64,000 nucleotides of DNA from Candidatus Latescibacterota bacterium (lineage in GTDB: Bacteria > Latescibacterota > UBA2968 > UBA8231), in contig CBDCSU010000004.1 in assembly GCA_965221775.1 (NCBI GenBank), positions 960,001 to 1,024,000 of the forward strand, given 5' to 3'. The notes beneath the pieces were generated by a model that had not been told where the DNA came from, did not search any database, and was given only the letters and a program-made list of their open reading frames with translations. Every line of letters begins with the position of its first letter. Position 1 is the first letter of the stretch. Below are positions 60,570 to 64,000 of this stretch, one piece after another. The position numbers and the translations under genes are program-made.

Positions 60570-61025
60570 TCAGCTGTCGGCTGCCCGGATTCGTTCCACC
60601 ACCGCGCGCAATCCGAGTACATAGCTCTCCGGGCCGAAGCCGGCGATCTGGCCGAGGCAGACGGGGGCGATCACGGAGCGGCGGCGGAAGGACTCGCGGC
60701 CGTGGACGTTGGACAGGTGGACCTCGACGGTGGGCAGTCCCGCCGCCGAGACGGAATCCCGCAGGGCGAGGCTGTAGTGGGTGAAGGCCCCGGGGTTGAA
60801 GACGACACCATCGGCCCAGCTCCGGGCCTCGTGCAGGGCCTCGACCAACTCGCCCTCGTGGTTCGATTGCCGGCAGCGGACCTCGGCGCCCAGCTCGGCG
60901 GCGGCGGCCCTGACCCGCTCCTCGATGCCGGCGAGGGTATGGGAACCGTAGACCTCGGGCTCCCGGGTGCCGAGCAGATTCAGGTTGGGGCCGCTCAGAA
61001 CGAGGATGCTGCAGTCTCTTCGCAT
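60570..61025 (-). CDS. aroQ: Type II 3-dehydroquinate dehydratase
   Basis: [37 protein letters not shown]. Confidence 0.96.
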   Translation of the reverse strand: MRRDCSILVLSGPNLNLLGTREPEVYGSHTLAGIEERVRAAAAELGAEVRCRQSNHEGELVEALHEARSWADGVVFNPGAFTHYSLALRDSVSAAGLPTVEVHLSNVHGRESFRRRSVIAPVCLGQIAGFGPESYVLGLRAVVERIRAADS

Positions 61026-61735
61026 TGCCACTCCATCACGGTGATGACCATCGCCGACAGGACGACGGCGGCGGTCTCGGCGCGCAGCCTTCGATTCCCC
61101 CACGCGAACATCCGCGCCCCGAGGGAGCCAAGGGCGTCCAGTTCCTCCGGCGCGAAGCCCCCCTCGGGGCCCACGAAGAGCGCCGCGGACCGGGCTCCGG
61201 GGCAGCAGACCGAACGAAGATCGCCGGGGGCCGCGGGGTCGGCTACCAGAAGCCGGGCGCCCTCGGCCGCCATGGCCCCGGCGGCCTCGGGCAGGGGGAC
61301 CGGCTCGCTCACACGAGGCACGCGGCTCCGCCCGCACTGCTTGGCCGCCGACTGCGCCAACCGCCGCCAGCGGTCGCCGCGCCCCCCGGGCCGGGCGACG
61401 TTGCGCCGCGCCGTCACCGGGGTGATGGAGGCGACGCCCACCTCAGTGGCCTTCTCGACCACCAGGTCGAACCGGTGCCCCTTGACGAGGGCCGATGCCA
61501 GGTGCAGCCGCACGGGGCTCTCACCAAGATCCGACCTGCGTCCCACGATCCGGCCCGTCGCCCGTTCCTCCTCGATCGTCTGGATGCAGATGCGGTACCC
61601 CGTCCCCTCGCCGTCGATGACGTCGACCTCGTCGCCGGGACGGTGCCGGCGAACGCGGAGGTGATGGGCCTCCTCCGCCCCCAGCACCACGCCCCCCTCC
61701 CGGACGCAGGCCGCGTCAACGAGGAACGCCGGCAT
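60995..61735 (-). CDS. rsmE: 16S rRNA m3U1498 methyltransferase
   Basis: [38 protein letters not shown]. Confidence 0.95.
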   Translation of the reverse strand: MPAFLVDAACVREGGVVLGAEEAHHLRVRRHRPGDEVDVIDGEGTGYRICIQTIEEERATGRIVGRRSDLGESPVRLHLASALVKGHRFDLVVEKATEVGVASITPVTARRNVARPGGRGDRWRRLAQSAAKQCGRSRVPRVSEPVPLPEAAGAMAAEGARLLVADPAAPGDLRSVCCPGARSAALFVGPEGGFAPEELDALGSLGARMFAWGNRRLRAETAAVVLSAMVITVMEWQCEETAASSF

Positions 61736-62613
61736 CAGCTCCCTTGCCTCCGGGCTCGCAGGCCGAGCCACTCCCCCTTGGTCCAACTTTGGTCGACGCG
61801 CAGGCCAACGGCGAGGAGCCAGTCCTCGAAACCTGACCTCTCGTTGACGACCAGACCCGAGAACAGAGCGGCGCCGGCGGCGGTCAAGGAAGAGGCGATG
61901 GCGGGCAGCAAGGGACGGACCAGGTGGCTCTCGAGATTGGCCACCACCAGGTGGAAGGCTTCCTCCGAGGCCGCCTCCACACTGCCGCGGCAGACCCTCG
62001 CCCGGCCGGCGTCCCTTCCCAGGTTCTCGCGCAGGTTGTGCCTGGCGTTGTCCACCGCCACGGGGTCGGTGTCGACAGCTGTCACCCGGCGGGCGCCGAG
62101 GAGGATGGCGGCGATGGACAGCACCCCGCTGCCGGCGCCGACATCGAGACAGGAGCGATCCTCGCAGCCCGTCTCCTGCAGGGCCCGCAAGGCCAGTTGG
62201 GTCGACTCGTGTCCGCCCGTGCCGAAGGCCATGGCCGGATCGATGGCGATGGCGATCTGACCGGGGCCGGTGTCGACGGGAAGCCAGGGCGGGTGCACGA
62301 CGATCCGTTCGGTGGCCCACTGCGGGCGGTAGAAGCGCCGCCAGCCCTCGCTCCAGTCCCGCTCGGGCTCGACATCCAGGGCCATGGGGAACTCCCCGGA
62401 GAGGCCGTCCGGAAGGCCGCTCCGCAGTCGGCGGCCCAGCCCCTGGAGGTCCGCGGAACCCTCGAAGTAGACGGTGAGCCTCGTCCCCTCACCCCGCTCC
62501 TCGGCGTGGACACCGCAACTGCCGAACTCGAAGCAGAGGGCCGCTACCTCGTCGCTGGCGCCGGACGGGACATCGATGGCGACACGGTGCCAACTGCGGG
62601 CCTCGGCTTCCAT
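61735..62613 (-). CDS. prmA: Ribosomal protein L11 methyltransferase
   Basis: IDPAMAFGTGGHEST, LDVGAGSGVLSIAA, VVANL. Confidence 0.93.
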   Translation of the reverse strand: MEAEARSWHRVAIDVPSGASDEVAALCFEFGSCGVHAEERGEGTRLTVYFEGSADLQGLGRRLRSGLPDGLSGEFPMALDVEPERDWSEGWRRFYRPQWATERIVVHPPWLPVDTGPGQIAIAIDPAMAFGTGGHESTQLALRALQETGCEDRSCLDVGAGSGVLSIAAILLGARRVTAVDTDPVAVDNARHNLRENLGRDAGRARVCRGSVEAASEEAFHLVVANLESHLVRPLLPAIASSLTAAGAALFSGLVVNERSGFEDWLLAVGLRVDQSWTKGEWLGLRARRQGS

Positions 62614-62619
62614 GGCGGC

Positions 62620-63015
62620 TCAGGACCCGGACCAGCTCAGTCGCTGCAGCGCCGGCCGCAGCGACCCGGGCGCGGGTGGGCAGCCGGTCACGTAGGCGTC
62701 CACGGGGATGACCGAATCCGCCGGCATCACCTCGTCGGTGTCGTAGGCCCCGCCGGAGCACGCGCATGTCCCGAAGGCGATCGCCCGCGCCGGCCGGGGC
62801 ATGGACTCGAAGGCGTGCAGCAGGTGGGGGGCAAGGGCGCGGGTGACGCGGCCGGCGATGACGATGGCGTCGGCGCGGGAGGGATCGTGGACAAGGCGCA
62901 GGCCGAAGCGGCCCAAGTCGTGGGGGGGAGCGAAGAGGGCGGCCAGATCGGCGGCACAGCAACTGGTGCCGAAGGGCAGGAGCCAGATCGACCGGGAGCG
63001 CGCCCAGCCCCGCAT
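62620..63015 (-). CDS. Stand-alone minimal NuoB-like [4Fe-4S] protein
   Basis: SIWLLPFGTSCCAAD, ADAIVIAGRVT, FGTCACSGG, IPVDAYVTGCPP; 131 aa; start overlaps the mrp stop (TGATG). Confidence 0.85.
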   Translation of the reverse strand: MRGWARSRSIWLLPFGTSCCAADLAALFAPPHDLGRFGLRLVHDPSRADAIVIAGRVTRALAPHLLHAFESMPRPARAIAFGTCACSGGAYDTDEVMPADSVIPVDAYVTGCPPAPGSLRPALQRLSWSGS

Positions 63016-63818
63016 CAGGACAGGCTCTCCAGGACCCGGATCAGGCCGGCGGCGACGGTGTCGAAGGCCCGGGCCCGCGCGGAGTCCGGCTGCGCCAGCA
63101 TCAGCGGCTGACCCCGGTCGCCCGCCTCGCGTATCTCGCCGTCGAGGGGGATCTCTCCGAGAAAGGGCGCCTCGAGGCGCTCGGCGGCCTCCCGTCCCCC
63201 CCCGTGGCCGAAGATCTCGTGCCGGGCGTCGCAGTGGGGGCAGAGGTACCAGCTCATGTTCTCCACCAGCCCCAGGATGTCGACCTCGACCTTGTCGAAC
63301 ATCGCCATCCCGCGCTCCACGTCCTGGAGGGCCACGCCCTGGGGCGTGGTGACCACGACGGCGCCGCTGAGGGCGACCACCTGGCTCAGGGTGAGGGCGA
63401 TGTCGCCCGTGCCGGGGGGCATGTCGACGAGGAGGAAGTCGAGTTCCCCCCAGTCGACCTGCTGCAGGAACTGCTGAACGGCCTGCCCGAGAAGAGGGCC
63501 GCGCCAGATGACCGGAGCCTCCCGCCGGGTGAGAAAGCCCATGGACATCATGGCCAGGCCGTGGGCCTGGAGAGGCTGGATGCGGTCGCCGTCGCCGACT
63601 GCCGGTTCTTCCCGCACCCCCGTGAGCACGGGCAGGCTGGGACCGTAGATGTCGGCGTCCAGCAGACCGATCCGGGCTCCGCGGGCGCACAAGGCCAGGG
63701 CCACGTTGAGGGCCACGGTGGACTTGCCGACACCCCCCTTGGCGGAGGAGAAGGCCACCGCGTTCGCCACTCCCGGAAGTGTCGTGGAATCCTCTGGCAG
63801 GGTCCGCGGGAAAGCCAT
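63015..63818 (-). CDS. mrp: Mrp/ApbC (NBP35 family) Fe-S scaffold ATPase
   Basis: SAKGGVGKST, DADIYGPS, WRGP, DMPPGTGD, VTTPQ, ENMS..CPHC. Confidence 0.93.
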   Translation of the reverse strand: MAFPRTLPEDSTTLPGVANAVAFSSAKGGVGKSTVALNVALALCARGARIGLLDADIYGPSLPVLTGVREEPAVGDGDRIQPLQAHGLAMMSMGFLTRREAPVIWRGPLLGQAVQQFLQQVDWGELDFLLVDMPPGTGDIALTLSQVVALSGAVVVTTPQGVALQDVERGMAMFDKVEVDILGLVENMSWYLCPHCDARHEIFGHGGGREAAERLEAPFLGEIPLDGEIREAGDRGQPLMLAQPDSARARAFDTVAAGLIRVLESLS

Positions 63819-63847
63819 CGTCACACCCGTGGGGAGCCCTCGCGGCC

Positions 63848-64000
63848 TCAGCCGAAGGCTCTCAGCATGCGGTCGAAGAGACCCTTGCCCTCGCTCTCGG
63901 CGCGTCTCCTCTGGATCTTCTCCAGTTGCTCGAAGAGACGCCGCTCCTCGGCGCCCAGATGGGTGGGCGTCCATACCAGGACCTCGACGAGCTGATCGCC
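63848..64000 (-). CDS. dnaJ: C-terminus of chaperone DnaJ (partial)
   Basis: My translation: GDQLVEVLVWTPTHLGAEERRLFEQLEKIQ..GKGLFDRMLRAFG*; lies upstream of prmA-rsmE as usual. Confidence 0.8.
   Translation of the reverse strand, partial: GDQLVEVLVWTPTHLGAEERRLFEQLEKIQRRRAESEGKGLFDRMLRAFG

Overview
GC-rich, gene-dense core chromosomal window from a diderm bacterium. The rplM-rpsI-rpsB-tsf-frr order and general gene content suggest the FCB superphylum, possibly Ca. Latescibacterota; this is inference only. It holds about 65 CDS and one tRNA-Ala(UGC), with no CRISPR array, integrase, transposase or prophage. Main blocks: lepA-lepB-like-hemW; hemE; CBS-korAB-CBS; a UvrA-like gene; an aminotransferase/aldolase cluster; glnB-glnE; kptA; purE; a reduced dcw cluster (mraZ rsmH ftsL ftsI murE murF ftsW murC ftsQ ftsZ); a cysK-MerR-iscA-iscS-moeB sulfur/Fe-S cluster; an atypical ssb; ribosomal genes; ispDF and queA; ECF ATPase-pyrC; an rnhB-yraN fusion; and dnaJ-mrp-nuoB-like-prmA-rsmE-aroQ. 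The most notable observations are: (1) several intact ORFs that have lost catalytic residues (signal peptidase I homolog lacking both Ser and Lys, UvrA-like pseudo-ATPase, Ser-less alpha/beta hydrolase, KptA lacking HGT); (2) a Cys-rich MerR regulator in place of IscR heading an Fe-S/sulfur-relay operon; (3) an orphan minimal NuoB-like Fe-S protein coupled to Mrp/ApbC; and (4) a tip-less SSB behind a sigma54-type promoter. Many start codons were re-chosen by eye relative to the ORF track.
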